DNA of 64,000 nt from Nitrospirota bacterium (GTDB lineage: Bacteria > Nitrospirota > Nitrospiria > Nitrospirales > NS-4), in contig CAWBGA010000002.1 in assembly GCA_963788195.1 (NCBI GenBank), positions 64,001 through 128,000 on the forward strand, in the 5' to 3' direction. Below are positions 30,417-42,226 of this stretch, one piece after another. A program made the position numbers and the translations under genes. The notes under the pieces are model-generated. The model was not told the DNA's origin, did no database searches, and saw only the letters and a list, made by a program, of their open reading frames with translations. Positions within the stretch are counted from its first letter, which is position 1; each line of letters starts with the position of its first letter.

Positions 30417-30491
30417 GAGTCAGATCCTTTCTAAAATTCTTTCCTCTCCTTGCGAGGGAGAGGTGAGGGGGAAGAGTTCCGTTGGCAATGG

Positions 30492-30520
30492 AGTTTATCC
30501 GTCGGAAAGAGGCGTGACAA
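30492..30520 (-). promoter_or_regulatory. sigma70 promoter for 30012-30416
   Basis: TTGTCA-N17-TAAACT on the minus strand. Confidence 0.55.
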
Positions 30521-30572
30521 GGCCCATACTGCTATCAGACTCCTGACGGATTAACGACGGCTCATGGGATAG

Positions 30573-30641
30573 CCCTCACTCTGGCCCTCTCTGTTCGACC
30601 CATTGCAATTGGAGAGCAATGGGTGTCTCGGGGGCGAGGGG
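30573..30641. repeat. CCCTCAC..CCCTCTC/GGGGCGAGGG-type palindrome with module B hairpin in its loop
   Basis: CCCTCACTCTGGCCCTCTCT - GTTCGACCCATTGCAATTGGAGAGCAATGGGTGTCT - CGGGGGCGAGGGG; an uninterrupted relative CCTCTCCTTGCGAGGGAGAGG lies near 30443-30463. Confidence 0.7.
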
Positions 30642-30656
30642 AGTTGAAGTGGGCGT

Positions 30657-32126
30657 CTACGGCAGCGGCAGGATCGCGTTCTGCGCCGCTTTCACGATGG
30701 GGTTGGGGAACAGCCCTAGAAGAATGACGCCCAGGGCGGCGATTCCGAGCACGAGGCTTGCCGCAGGAGATGTCACAATGCGTACGCCATGGCCTGGAGT
30801 GCCGCTGCCTTCGCCGGGTTCTTGCATGTACATGACCATAATGACGCGCAGGTAAAAGTATGCCGAGACGGCGGCGAAGATCACGGCGAGCACTGCGAGC
30901 CAGGTCCTTTGCGCGTTCACGGCCGCCATGAAAATATAAAACTTCGCGATAAACCCGGCAGTCGGCGGAATACCGGTCAGGGAGACCATGAACAGCAGCA
31001 TGAGGAGCGCCGCCCATTTATTGCGCTTTGCGAGGCCTGTGAAATCAGTGATCTCATCCCCTTCGAGTCCGCCTTTGCGGAGCATGGTGACCACCGTGAA
31101 GGCCCCCAGGGTCATAAAGGCGTAGAGCGCGAGGTACAGCATCACCCCGGCCGTGCCTGCGGCGTCGGCTACGACCAGGCCGATCAAGGCGTAGCCGGCA
31201 TGCGCGATGCTGGAATAGGCCAGCATTCGCTTGATGTTACTCTGCGCAATGGCCACGACATTGCCCAGGATCATCGTCGCGACACAAATGGTGACAAGCA
31301 GGATCTGCCAATCCGACTTGAGGCCGCCGAGGGCATCCATAAAGACCCGCACGAAGGCGCCGAAACTTGCGGCCTTCGACGCGACAGCCAAATAGGCAGT
31401 CACCGAGGTCGGCGCACCTTGATACACATCGGGGGTCCACATGTGGAATGGGACCGCCGCCACCTTAAAACCGAATCCGACCACCAGCAATGTCATCGCA
31501 AGAAGCAGGATGGGATCTCCGGCCGGCAGCAGGGCAATTCCAGCCTTGATGGCGGCAAGGGTGGTGCTGCCGGTGCGCCCGTAGAGTAGCGAGATGCCGT
31601 ACAGCAGGATGCCGGATGAAAGGGAGCCCAGGATAAAGTACTTCGCGGCGGCTTCCATTGACCGCCGTTCAGAACGCTTGAAGCCTGCCATGATATAAAA
31701 CGAGATCGACATCAACTCGAACCCCAGGTAGATCACCAGAAGGTCGGTGCCGGAGACCATGACCATCATGCCGGACAGCGACAGCAGGATGAAGGCGTAA
31801 AACTCCGGCATGTCAATCTGCTCTTGCGTGAGATTGGCCTTCGCCAGCAGGACGATCAAGGCCGAGACGAAGATCAGCAGCAACTTCCAGAATGTTCCGT
31901 AAGCGTCAACGATGTACAGGCCGCCGAACACGTGTTGCGGCGGCTGCCCCATGATGCCAAAGGTGAGCCCGAAGGCCGCGACGAGGCTCGCGAGGCTCAG
32001 GTAGGTGAGCCATGTTTTTCGCGCCGCGGATGTGAGGGGATCAAGAAGCAGGACGAGACACCCAGCAGCCATGATCAACAATTCGGGGAGGATGGCGATG
32101 AGATCAGACGGAGAAAACACAATCAT
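30657..32126 (-). CDS. nuoN: NADH-quinone oxidoreductase subunit N
   Basis: EAAAKYFILG, FKVAAVPFHMWTPDVYQGAPT, KRMLAYSSIAHAGY. Confidence 0.95.
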   Translation of the reverse strand: MIVFSPSDLIAILPELLIMAAGCLVLLLDPLTSAARKTWLTYLSLASLVAAFGLTFGIMGQPPQHVFGGLYIVDAYGTFWKLLLIFVSALIVLLAKANLTQEQIDMPEFYAFILLSLSGMMVMVSGTDLLVIYLGFELMSISFYIMAGFKRSERRSMEAAAKYFILGSLSSGILLYGISLLYGRTGSTTLAAIKAGIALLPAGDPILLLAMTLLVVGFGFKVAAVPFHMWTPDVYQGAPTSVTAYLAVASKAASFGAFVRVFMDALGGLKSDWQILLVTICVATMILGNVVAIAQSNIKRMLAYSSIAHAGYALIGLVVADAAGTAGVMLYLALYAFMTLGAFTVVTMLRKGGLEGDEITDFTGLAKRNKWAALLMLLFMVSLTGIPPTAGFIAKFYIFMAAVNAQRTWLAVLAVIFAAVSAYFYLRVIMVMYMQEPGEGSGTPGHGVRIVTSPAASLVLGIAALGVILLGLFPNPIVKAAQNAILPLP

Positions 32127-33667
32127 GGTAACGTCTGTCCTCTCTGTGAAATCACGGGGAGGGGAGCGGCCGGAGTCCGGTTCATCTGAGCAAACAGATG
32201 CGTCACGCTCGCATGCATGGGCGCCAGGAATGGATTGGGGAAGACCCCGATCCAGAACACCAGAAACACGAGCGGCAGCAGCGATGCCATTTCGCACCAG
32301 TTCAGGTCGGGCAGGCGAGCTGTTTTCTCAGAAGCGACCCCGAAGGCGACGCGCTGAACCATCCAGAGAAGGTACACGGCCCCGAGTATAATCCCGAGCG
32401 TGGCGACGGCTGCGACGGTCTTGCTCAAGAGAAAACTTCCCACGAGCACGAGAAATTCACCGATGAAGCTATTCGTGCCGGGCAGACCGAGAGAGGACAG
32501 GGCGAAGATCACCAGACAGGTGGCATAGCGCGGCATGGGCTTCGCCAACCCGCCGTTGTCCGCAATCATGCGGCTGTGGGTGCGTTCGTAGATAAGACCC
32601 ACGCACAGAAAGAGCCCCCCGGTCGTGATGCCGTGGTTGAGCATCATCAAGATCGCGCCTTCGACGCCTTGCGTGTTGAAGACGAAGATCCCCAAGGTTA
32701 CGAATCCCATGTGGCTGACGCTGGAATACGCGATCAACTTTTTGAGATCGGATTGCGCGAGCGCCATGTACGCGCCGTAAATAATGGCGATCACCGAGAG
32801 GGTCAGAATGATCGGCGTAAAGCGATACGTCGCTTGCGGCAACATCGGGAGGCTGAACCGGAGGAACCCGTACGCGCCCATTTTCAGCAACACGCTTGCC
32901 AGAAGCACGCTCCCTGCGGTCGGGGCTTCGACATGGGCATCGGGAAGCCAGGTGTGTAGAGGAAACATGGGGACCTTCACGGCGAAGGCCGCGAAAAAGG
33001 CCCAAAAAAGCCATGCCTGCACGGTGGGATCATAATGGACGCGGCTCAGCGCCTGAATGTCAAAGGTATGGCCCCCCTGCATGAACACGACGATGATCGC
33101 AATCAGTAGGAGAAAGCTGCCGGCGAGGGTAAACAGGAAGAATTTGATCGCGGCATAGATTCGGTTCGGACCGCCCCAGACACCGATAATTAAATACATC
33201 GGAATCAGCATCGTTTCCCAGAAGACATAAAACAGGACAAAGTCCAACGCGCAAAAGACCCCGACCATTGTGGTTTCCATGAGCAACAGGGCGATCATGA
33301 ATTCGCGCACGCGGGTCCTGATCGCTGTCCATGAGGCAACCACGCAGATGGGAGTGAGGAGCGTGGTGAGCAAGATGAGCCACAAGCTGATGCCGTCGAT
33401 CCCGAGCGCGTAGCGGATGGGCGGCGCGTCGATCCACTGCACAATTTCCCCGAACTGCATGCTGGCCGTCGTGGGATCGAACCAAGCATACAGCGCGAGG
33501 GACAGGAGGAACTCCAGGACCGAGGTCCAAAGCGCCACGTGTTTGATCTGCGCCTCTTCCCGGAAGAACGCCATGATGGCCACGCCCGCCACCGGCAGAA
33601 AAATCAGAAGTGTCAGCAGGTGTGGAATAGGAGTCTGATTTAGAATCATGTCGGGCATGGTGGTCAT
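32123..33667 (-). CDS. nuoM: NADH-quinone oxidoreductase subunit M
   Basis: FYVFWE, KVPMFPLHTWLPDAHVEAPT, KKLIAYSSVSHMG. Confidence 0.95.
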   Translation of the reverse strand: MTTMPDMILNQTPIPHLLTLLIFLPVAGVAIMAFFREEAQIKHVALWTSVLEFLLSLALYAWFDPTTASMQFGEIVQWIDAPPIRYALGIDGISLWLILLTTLLTPICVVASWTAIRTRVREFMIALLLMETTMVGVFCALDFVLFYVFWETMLIPMYLIIGVWGGPNRIYAAIKFFLFTLAGSFLLLIAIIVVFMQGGHTFDIQALSRVHYDPTVQAWLFWAFFAAFAVKVPMFPLHTWLPDAHVEAPTAGSVLLASVLLKMGAYGFLRFSLPMLPQATYRFTPIILTLSVIAIIYGAYMALAQSDLKKLIAYSSVSHMGFVTLGIFVFNTQGVEGAILMMLNHGITTGGLFLCVGLIYERTHSRMIADNGGLAKPMPRYATCLVIFALSSLGLPGTNSFIGEFLVLVGSFLLSKTVAAVATLGIILGAVYLLWMVQRVAFGVASEKTARLPDLNWCEMASLLPLVFLVFWIGVFPNPFLAPMHASVTHLFAQMNRTPAAPLPVISQRGQTLP

Positions 33668-35564
33668 CGCACCAAATAGACCCCCAGAATCACCGCCGCT
33701 CCCAACGCCATGGCCAATGCGTAGTGCTGGACCTCGCCGCTCTGGATCTGCCGGAGCGCGCGGCTCCATAGATTTACGCTTGAGGCCACTCCGTTCACGG
33801 CGGCATCGATGACCCGAACGTCAACCCACTGCCACAAGTCGTGCGCGGCCTCAAGCGTCGGCCGTACGACCCAGGAATCGTAGAGTTCGTCCACGTACCA
33901 CTTGTGTAACGACCCGAGGTACATGGAATTCCATTGTTGCGCGAGGCGGTTCGGCAGCTCGGGCCTGCGGACATACAGAACATAGGCGAGCGCGATGCCG
34001 CACAGGCTCATGATCGTGGCCACCGCCATGATCGCCCAGGCCGCGGCGCCTTCATGCGCAGGCGGAGACGGCACAGGTCCGGAGAGCACCGGCGCGAGAA
34101 AACCCGGTATGCCGAGATATCCGGTGACGATGGACAGCGCGGCCAGCACGATCAAGGGCCCCGTGATGGTCGGAGAAGGTTCGCGAAGCTCTCGAGCTAC
34201 GTGGGGATCGACCCGCGAGGGGCCCCAGAAGACCATGAACACGACCCTGAAACTATAAAACGCGGTAAGGAACGCCGTGATCAGCCCCACAACCATGAGG
34301 GTCTGGCCCAGGGGACCGGCCGACCAGGCGGCGATCAAATCTCGTCCTTGCTGAAGAAGCCAGCTGTCAGCGGAAACCCCGCCAAGGCTAGTGAACCGAT
34401 GAAAAAGGTCCAGTACGTGATGGGCAATTTGTCCTTCAGGCCGCCCATGCGACGGATGTCCTGCTCGTGATGGAGGGCGATGATAATCGACCCACAGCCG
34501 AGAAACAGCAGGGCCTTAAAGGCTCCATGCGTAAGGAGATGATACATGCCGGCGGCATATGCGCCGAGCCCGCAGGCCATCATCATATAGCCGAGCTGGC
34601 TTATGGTCGAGTAGGCGACGACCCGTTTGATGTCATTTTGTGTCAACGCAATGGTCGCCGCAAAAATCGCAGTGATCCCGCCGATGATCGCGACGACAGA
34701 CATTGCGGTGGGTGACAGGTTGAACAGCTGGGAAAACCTCGCCACCATGAAGACGCCGGCGGTGACCATGGTAGCGGCGTGAATGAGAGCTGAAATGGGC
34801 GTAGGCCCCTCCATGGCGTCCGGCAACCACACGTGGAGCGGAACTTGCGCCGATTTACCCACCGCGCCGGCGAACAGCAGCAGGCAAAGCACGGTCAGCA
34901 CACTGACCGACCAGGTGCCGTGCAGCGGCGCCATGAGATTGATGGTGTCCGCGGCATGAGAGGCCGCTTGGGCGAAGACCTGTTCGTACTGCAGCGTGCC
35001 GAACAGCGCAAATACCCACATCACGCCTAACCCAAAGCCGAAGTCGCCGACACGGTTGACGATGAACGCCTTCGTCGCCGCGTCCATTGCGGATTTGCGT
35101 TCGTACCAGTGACCGATCAACAGATACGAGCAGAGGCCCACCGCTTCCCAGAACACGTAGAGTTGCAGGAAATTGTCGGCCATCACGAGCATCAGCATTG
35201 AGAAGGTAAAGAGCGCGATGTAACTGAAGAAGCGAGCATAGCCTCGGTCCCCGCGCATGTATCCAATGCTGTAGACGTGAACAAGTCCGCTCACGCTCGT
35301 GACCAATAGCAGCATTGCGGCGGCCAGCCGGTCGATGTAAAAGCCGATCGGTACCTGAAAACCGCCGGAGCTGATCCAGGAATACAAGTGAACGCGGACA
35401 GGTTCGCCTTGAGCGACGTCCAGAAAGACGCTCAAGGCCAGCAGGAATGATATGAGAACCGCCGGCACGCCGATCCAATGGGCCCGGTCCCGAATCCAAT
35501 GCCCGAACAGCCCGATGATGATGAACGCCGCGAATGGGAGGAGCGGGATCAGCGCGTACTTCAT
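33664..35564 (-). CDS. nuoL: NADH-quinone oxidoreductase subunit L (frameshift near 34337)
   Basis: GKSAQVPLHVWLPDAMEGPTP, AGFFSKDEI then IAAWSAG...KWYVDELYD. Confidence 0.94.
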
Positions 35565-35599
35565 ATTGTGCCGCCCGTACTCATAACCGACAGCGCGCA

Positions 35600-35700
35600 A
35601 ATCCCGGCGGGTGACGCCGGTCGGGGGACCCTGCCGCCTGGAGGCCAGTGCTTCGCAGTCGAAGCCGACGGGGGTAACCGGCGGCAGGACCCGCCGGACA
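35600..35700. repeat. GC-rich palindromic element in the nuoK-nuoL spacer
   Basis: 35661-35692 GAAGCCGACGGGGGTAACCGGCGGCAGGACCC is 28/32 identical to 6174-6205. Confidence 0.65.
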
Positions 35701-35728
35701 GAAATTCTATTGCCCCTGTCGGTTCACT

Positions 35729-36032
35729 TCATCCCTTCAACAGATTGAATTCTTCGACATTGACAGTCGGGTTTCCGCGGTACAGGGCGATGAAAATCGC
35801 GAGCCCGACCGCGACTTCGGCGGCGGCAACCGTGAGGGCGAAGAAGACGAAGACCTGCCCGGCCGTATCGTGCAGATAGTAGGAAAAGGCGACGAAGTTG
35901 ATGTTCGTCGCATTCAGCATGAGCTCGATGGACAACAGCAGGATGATAATATTCCGACGGATCAAGACACCAACAAGGCCCGGTGACGAACACGACCCCA
36001 CTCAGGATCATGTAATAGGAAAGCGGGACCAT
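35729..36032 (-). CDS. nuoK: NADH-quinone oxidoreductase subunit K (frameshift near 35978)
   Basis: [12 protein letters not shown] + [28 protein letters not shown]. Confidence 0.93.
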
Positions 36033-36033
36033 A

Positions 36034-36576
36034 TCATTCCTTCGTAAAGCCTACGATCTCTTTCTTTGCCAGCAAGATGGCTCCGATCATTGCGACCAGC
36101 AAGATCAAGGATGCGACTTCAAAAGGGAACAGGTACTTGGTGTACAACAGGCGTCCGACCATTTCGGTATTCCCCTGGGACATCGTGGAGGCAGCCTCTG
36201 CAGCGCCCGCCGTCATGGGGTCACCACTGAGCGATCGCGGTAAGCCGCTATCCGCTGTCACCACCAGGTAGATGATTTCGGCCAGTGCCACGGCCCCTAG
36301 GCCCACGCCTATCCAGACCTGCCGCTGGTATGAGTCGTCATGCTTGAGGTTCAAGAGCATGACCACGAAGAGGTAGAGCACGAGAATGGCTCCGGCATAA
36401 ACGATGATTTGCACGGCGGCGAGAAATTCGGCATGCAGTGAGACGAACAGTGCCGCGATATGAAAGAACATGACCAATAAGGAGATGACGCTGTAGACGG
36501 GATTGCGAAACGCCACCACCAGAATCGCGGAGAGCGCGATGACCGTCGCGAGGAAAAAGAAGGCGAGGATCTCCAC
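36034..36576 (-). CDS. nuoJ: NADH-quinone oxidoreductase subunit J
   Basis: NPVYS, AEFLAAVQIIVYAGAI, PFEVASLILL. Confidence 0.95.
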   Translation of the reverse strand: MEILAFFFLATVIALSAILVVAFRNPVYSVISLLVMFFHIAALFVSLHAEFLAAVQIIVYAGAILVLYLFVVMLLNLKHDDSYQRQVWIGVGLGAVALAEIIYLVVTADSGLPRSLSGDPMTAGAAEAASTMSQGNTEMVGRLLYTKYLFPFEVASLILLVAMIGAILLAKKEIVGFTKE

Positions 36577-36589
36577 GTGTCCGATGGCC

Positions 36590-37204
36590 CTACGGGGTCA
36601 CCGGAGGTTGATCCTTAGACGTCATCTCCTTAGAGGTCATTGGGGGAAGATCATGGTGGCCGATGTTGAAGAACGCCACATTGGGGTGCTGGAACTCGAT
36701 CTTTCGTTCGCGCTGGGGAAAGTTGCGATCTCCAAGCGCGAGCAACTGAGGCTTGCTGAGGCGCAGGTCGCGCTTGTTGTAGACCGACCATTCATATTCC
36801 TTCGTCATGGCGAGAGCATCGACGGGGCAGGCCTGGATGCACAGGCCGCAGAAGATGCACCGTGTCATGTCCATGTAGTATTCCTTGGCGTAGCGCTTCA
36901 TGGGCTCGCCTTCCTTCTCCGCGCTGATCACCGTGATCACGCGGGACGGACACGCGGCCTCGCACAGATCGCAACCGACACATTTCTCCGTGTCATCGTC
37001 ATAGCGGAGCAGGGCGATCATCCCGCGGTAGCTTCCGGGCAGGTCCCGCTTCTCGTGGGGATACTGCAGGGTCACGGCGGAACGGTTGCGCAAAATAATC
37101 CGTTGAATAAAGACCGTGATGGTGGCCTTCATTCCGACCAGGATTTCATAAAAGGTGAAGCGCTGGGCCCACTGCCGCAGGGTGAGCGTAGGATTGTCCA
37201 TCAT
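36590..37204 (-). CDS. nuoI: NADH-quinone oxidoreductase subunit I
   Basis: CVGCDLCEAACP and CIFCGLCIQACP (2x 4Fe-4S). Confidence 0.94.
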   Translation of the reverse strand: MMDNPTLTLRQWAQRFTFYEILVGMKATITVFIQRIILRNRSAVTLQYPHEKRDLPGSYRGMIALLRYDDDTEKCVGCDLCEAACPSRVITVISAEKEGEPMKRYAKEYYMDMTRCIFCGLCIQACPVDALAMTKEYEWSVYNKRDLRLSKPQLLALGDRNFPQRERKIEFQHPNVAFFNIGHHDLPPMTSKEMTSKDQPPVTP

Positions 37205-37206
37205 CT

Positions 37207-38262
37207 CTATAACCGCCGCCACAAAAATACGCCGACGGCCGTCAACACGACATTGGCGAGGGCCAACGGGAGCATCACCTTCCAGCCGAAGCGCATCAGC
37301 TGATCGTAGCGCAACCGGGGAAGCGTGGCCCGTATCCAGAAGAACATAAACAAGAAGAAATAGACCTTGACCATGAACCAAAAGATCCCTTCGATCCACG
37401 CCAGATTTTCCGACAGCAGCGTTCCGGGGTACGGCGCGTTCCAGCCGCCCAAGAACAGCACTGCAGCGGTAGCGGACACCAGCACCATATTGGCGTACTC
37501 CGCCATGAAGAAGAACGCGAAGCGCATCCCGCTATACTCCGTCATCCACCCTGCGACCAACTCGCTCTCGGCCTCCGGGAGGTCGAAGGGAAGGCGATTC
37601 GTCTCGGCCACCGCAGAAATAAGATAGACGACAAAGCCGATAATCTGTAGTCCTCCGAAGACGTGCCAGTGCCAGAACCCACCCGCCTGTGCTTCGGCGA
37701 TCTTCACCATGCTGAGGGAGCCCGACAGGATCAGCACGCCGATAATGGCGAGACCGATGTTGAGTTCGTAGCTGATCACCTGGGCGGCGGCCCGCAGACC
37801 GCCTAAGAGCGAGTACTTATTGTTTGAGGACCAGCCGCCGAGAATAATGCCGTACGCGCCGATGGAAGCAAAAGCCAGAATATACAGGATGCCGATGTTG
37901 ATGTCGGTAATCACGAACGGCTTGAAGGCGTACCCGAAGAGTTCGACCTCCTTGTTCGGCCCGTACGGAATGACCGCGAAACCAATGAGAGCAGGAACCA
38001 GCGACAGGATCGGGGCCAGCGAAAAGAGCGCCCAGTTGGCGCCGGCGGGGATGATGTCCTCCTTAAAGAACAGCTTGAGGCCGTCGGCGACCGGCTGTAG
38101 GACCCCATAGGGGCCGACCTCCATCGGACCCATCCGATCTTGCATCCACGACAGCACCTTACGCTCGGCCAGGGTCAGGAACGCCACTGTCGTGAGAACG
38201 ACGACCAGCACGACCACAATTTTGATAAGCGCAACGCCCGCGAAGACCAGCAGGTCCATCAT
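37207..38262 (-). CDS. nuoH: NADH-quinone oxidoreductase subunit H
   Basis: ERKV, QPVADGLKL, AETNRLPFDLPEAESELVAG. Confidence 0.96.
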   Translation of the reverse strand: MMDLLVFAGVALIKIVVVLVVVLTTVAFLTLAERKVLSWMQDRMGPMEVGPYGVLQPVADGLKLFFKEDIIPAGANWALFSLAPILSLVPALIGFAVIPYGPNKEVELFGYAFKPFVITDINIGILYILAFASIGAYGIILGGWSSNNKYSLLGGLRAAAQVISYELNIGLAIIGVLILSGSLSMVKIAEAQAGGFWHWHVFGGLQIIGFVVYLISAVAETNRLPFDLPEAESELVAGWMTEYSGMRFAFFFMAEYANMVLVSATAAVLFLGGWNAPYPGTLLSENLAWIEGIFWFMVKVYFFLFMFFWIRATLPRLRYDQLMRFGWKVMLPLALANVVLTAVGVFLWRRL

Positions 38263-40902
38263 CCGACCTTCTGAACGTCCACGTGCGTCAGTTTATGGTA
38301 GGGGACGCCGGTGACTGGGTCCGGGGTGATGTGTAATAAGTGCATCAGCGGCTCCCGAAAAGATTCGGGAAAGAACAACATCCCTTCAGGAATGCGGCCG
38401 AGCGGCGTTATGGGCACGGTGGCCTCGCCCGATTGTGAGACGAGGCGCACCATGTCGCCGGCGTGTAACCCCAAGCGCTGGGCGTCGGCCGGATTCATGC
38501 TGAGCCGTCCTTCCTTTTCAATCTCCAACAGCCCCTTGGCCAGCGTGGACATTTTGCCGGAATGAAACAAACTCTGGCCCATCCGCAATGTCCACTTAGC
38601 AGTCCGGCTCTCGGCCGGCCGATAGCGATCCTTCAGATCCTCAGCAAATCCTCCGGCAAGGTACCTCTCCATTGTCTGTACGTCAACCTTGGCGGGCTCC
38701 GGTTTCGCGCCGAGAATGCCATATCCCGGAATCACCGACCGGATTTCCTTCAAAATCTCCTGGGTGTCCCCGTACTCGAGCGGGTAACCCATGCAGACCG
38801 AGATCGCCGAGAGAATCTCCCAGTCCGGCCGGCTGTCGGCGATGGGCTCCAGGCCGCGACGCACCTTCTGTACAAAACCTTCCGAGTTCGTAAATGTCCC
38901 GTTTTTTTCCGCATAGGAGCAGGCGGGCAGGACAACATCCGCCAGTTCAGCTGTCTCAGTAAGAAACAGCTCCTGGACCACCAGAAAGTCCAAGTTCGTG
39001 AGAGCCTCCCGCGACCTGAGCCGAGGCAGGCAGGCTGCGCACCGGGTTTTCGCCGACGATGTACATGGCCTTCAGCCGGCCGTTTTGCGCCGCGTCCAGC
39101 ATTTCAAGCAGCGGCATCCCTGGCGTCGGTCGGAACAGACTCCATCCAGGCAGCCGCGATCCTTTCCCGAACGGGGGGATCCTCCAGGCCTGCAGGACCC
39201 GGCAGGTAGCCGCCGGTCGCGCCCATCTCAACCGCGCCTTGTTCGTTGTTCTCTTCGGTCAAAGGAGCGAGCCCCCATCCTGTTTGGGTGAATTTCCCGA
39301 GCAGGAGCAGGAGATCGGCCAGGATCACCATGCGCATGATATCCGCGCGGCGCTTGTAGGAGATCCTGGCCGACAATGATCACGCCACGATGCGCCCCGG
39401 CCAAAGCCGCCGCGATGGCACGGAGCGTTGCTGAATCAATGCCGTCGGAATAGGGTAATCGCCGTGACTGCTGCTTTGGTCTTCGCCACAAAGTCTGCAG
39501 CGCCGGATGCGAATGTCTGTGCCTACGAGATTATCATCGAAAAGCGCTTTTACCAGGCCCTGGACGGCGTCCGCCTGACGATCGAACGGTACGCAGAGAT
39601 GCACGGACGAGAGATTGACGATGTTGCTCGTCGTCTCGATCGAGGGAAGGCCGGTCTCAATGGTCAGCAACTTTGCGCCGCGCTTCTTCACCGCTTCCTT
39701 TACCTTCAAGCCGACGATGGGATTGGCGAAGGTAATCTGCGTGCCCACCAGCAACAACGTGTCAGCCTCGAGAATATCCTCATAGGAGACCGTCCAACGG
39801 TTGGTGCCCTGAACGCGGCGAAGCGCTTCCACCGCATTGACGTGTCCATAGCGGGCGGAGCTGTCCAGATGATTCGAGCCTATTGCGAGCCGCATGAACT
39901 TCTGAAAAACGTAGAGATCCTCGTTTGTGCAACGGGCAGTGATCAAGCCCGCGATGGCGTCCGCCCCGTGAGAAAGCTTCAACTGGGTGAATTTTTCAGC
40001 CAGCAGAGGAAGTACTTCATCCCACGTCACTGGCTGCAACTGTCCCGTCTGCCTGGCGCACCAGGGGGGCTGTCAGTCTGGCGGGGTGGTTGACGTATTG
40101 ATAGCCAAAAAATCCTCGAGCGCAGAGGTCGCCATTGTTGCGGCCTTCCCCATAGGCCGACATGACTTCGATCACCGTCTGCCCGCGCGTTTGCAGCGTC
40201 AGCGAGCACCCGTCGCCACAATACCCGCACGTGGTATCCGCCCTCTTCATCATCCAGGGCCGGAACACATAACCGGAGAGGCGGCTTGTAAAGGCGCCGA
40301 CCGGGCAGATCTGAACGCAGCCTCCGCAAAATTCGCAATCCAGTTGATGAGAACCGAAGTGCGTGATTTCGGTCATCGTGCCGCGGTTGATTGGAGCGAG
40401 GGCTTTGGCGTCGATCACTTCATCGCAGTAGCGCACGCACCGCAGACACTGCACGCACCGATTCATCTCCTTTTCGATCAACGGGCTGAAGTACTCCTTT
40501 TTGAAGACCCGCTTGACATCGATAAAATCGCTTGTGGTGGGAGTGTATTGGTGCGAGAAGTCCTGGAGATCACAGCGGCCGCCCTGGTCGCAGATCGGAC
40601 AATCCAGAGGATGGTTCGCGAGAATGAACTCCAACACCGACTTGTGGGCGTTGTTCACCTCGGGTGTGTTCGTGCGAACCACCATTCCCTCGGCTGCCAG
40701 CGTGCTGCAGGACGTCTGTAGCTTGGGCATCTTCTCCACTTCGACCAGGCACATCCGGCAGTTCGCGTCCGGGGAAAGCTTGGGGTGGTGGCAAAAGTTC
40801 GGGATCATGATGCCAAGCCGACGGGCCGCTTCAATGACAAGGGTGCCTTTTTCGACCGCGAGCGGATTTTCCATCGATGAGAACATTCACCATCTCTGCC
40901 AT
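38259..40902 (-). CDS. nuoG: NADH-quinone oxidoreductase subunit G (several frameshifts)
   Basis: IPNFCHHP, CRMCLVE, NHPLDCPICDQGGRCDLQ, CVQCLRCVRYC, CGYCGDGC, ADVVLPA..AEKNGTFTN. Confidence 0.92.
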
Positions 40903-42226
40903 TTAACGGGCCCCTGCAGCGCTTAAGGCCGGTTCCGAATGCTTTGGCTCGCCGCGAAACGGGCAGCGCTGCTCTCGAATATGCGCTTCATATTCATTCT
41001 GGAAGTACTGCAACGTGCTCACGATGGGTGCGATCGCAGCGTCTCCAAAGGCGCACACCGTGCGCCCGGCGATGTTTGGGCAGAGGCGTAACATCGTGGC
41101 GATATCGTTCGGCTGGCCCAGAACCATGCTCGATACGTCCCAGGATTTGCAACAGCCAGGATGTTCCCTCACGGCAGGGCGTGCACTTTCCGCACGACTC
41201 ATGATAGAAGAAGTGCAACAGGTTCTCAGCGGCCCATACCATGCAGGTCCCTTCCTCCATCACGGTGACGCCGCCTGACCCCAGCATCGAGCCTGCCTGC
41301 GCGACAGATTCAAAGTCCATCTTCACATCGAGGTGCTCAGGGGTGAAAAACGCTGCCGAGGCGCCTCCCGGAATGAAGGCCTTCAGAGGCTTTGAGCTTC
41401 GCATGCCTCCGGCGAGGTCATAAATCATTTCACGAAACGTGATCCCCATCGGGACTTCATAGTTGCCTGGCCGTTTGATGTGCCCGCTCAAGCAAAATAC
41501 GCGGGTGCCGGCGCTCTTAGGCGGGCTGCCCAGGGACGCGAACCATTCCGGCCCTCGGTTGACGATGTGCGGCAAGTTAGCCAGCGTTTCGACATTGTTT
41601 ACCACCGTGGGCTTGCCGAACAGGCCATGCGTCGCGGGAAACGGCGGCTTCGTGCGCGGCAGGCCGCGCTTACCCTCGAGTGATTCCAGCAGCGCCGTCT
41701 CTTCTCCGCAGATGTAGGCGCCGGCGCCGCGGTGTACAAAGATATCCAGCGCAAAGCCGGATCCCAGGATGTTCTCCCCCAGATAGTTGGCCTTGTAGGC
41801 TTCGGCGAGGGCGCGTTCGATGATCTTGGCGCCGAGCGCGAACTCCCCGCGAATGTAGATGTATGCCGTCCGCACGCCGATTGCGTAGGAGGCCAGGATC
41901 ATTCCCTCAATCATTTGGTGAGGGTCTCGCTCCATGAGTTGCCGGTCCTTGAAGGTGCCCGGTTCGCTCTCATCGGCATTGCAACACAGGTAGCGGGGGC
42001 CCGGATGGTCTTTGGGAATGAAGGACCATTTCACGCCGGTGGGAAATCCTGCGCCGCCGCGACCGCGAAGGCCCGAGCGCTTCACCAGGTTCGTCACATC
42101 GGTCGGCTCGAGCTTGCCCAATACCTTTTTGATCGCCTGGTACCCTCCTGCACGCTCATAGTCGTCGAGCGAGCCGGTGTACCCCGGCTGCAACATATTC
42201 TTGAGCAACACTGGTTCGTGTTTCAT
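40903..42226 (-). CDS. nuoF: NADH-quinone oxidoreductase subunit F (frameshift near 41110)
   Basis: GLRGRGGAGFPTG, NADESEPGTFKDR, GAYICGEET, ESCGKCTPCREG, TVCAFGDA. Confidence 0.95.

Noticed and set aside
32123..33667. 2M-type complex I with a duplicated nuoM
   Set aside because: Only one nuoM is present; this is the canonical NuoEFG-containing operon
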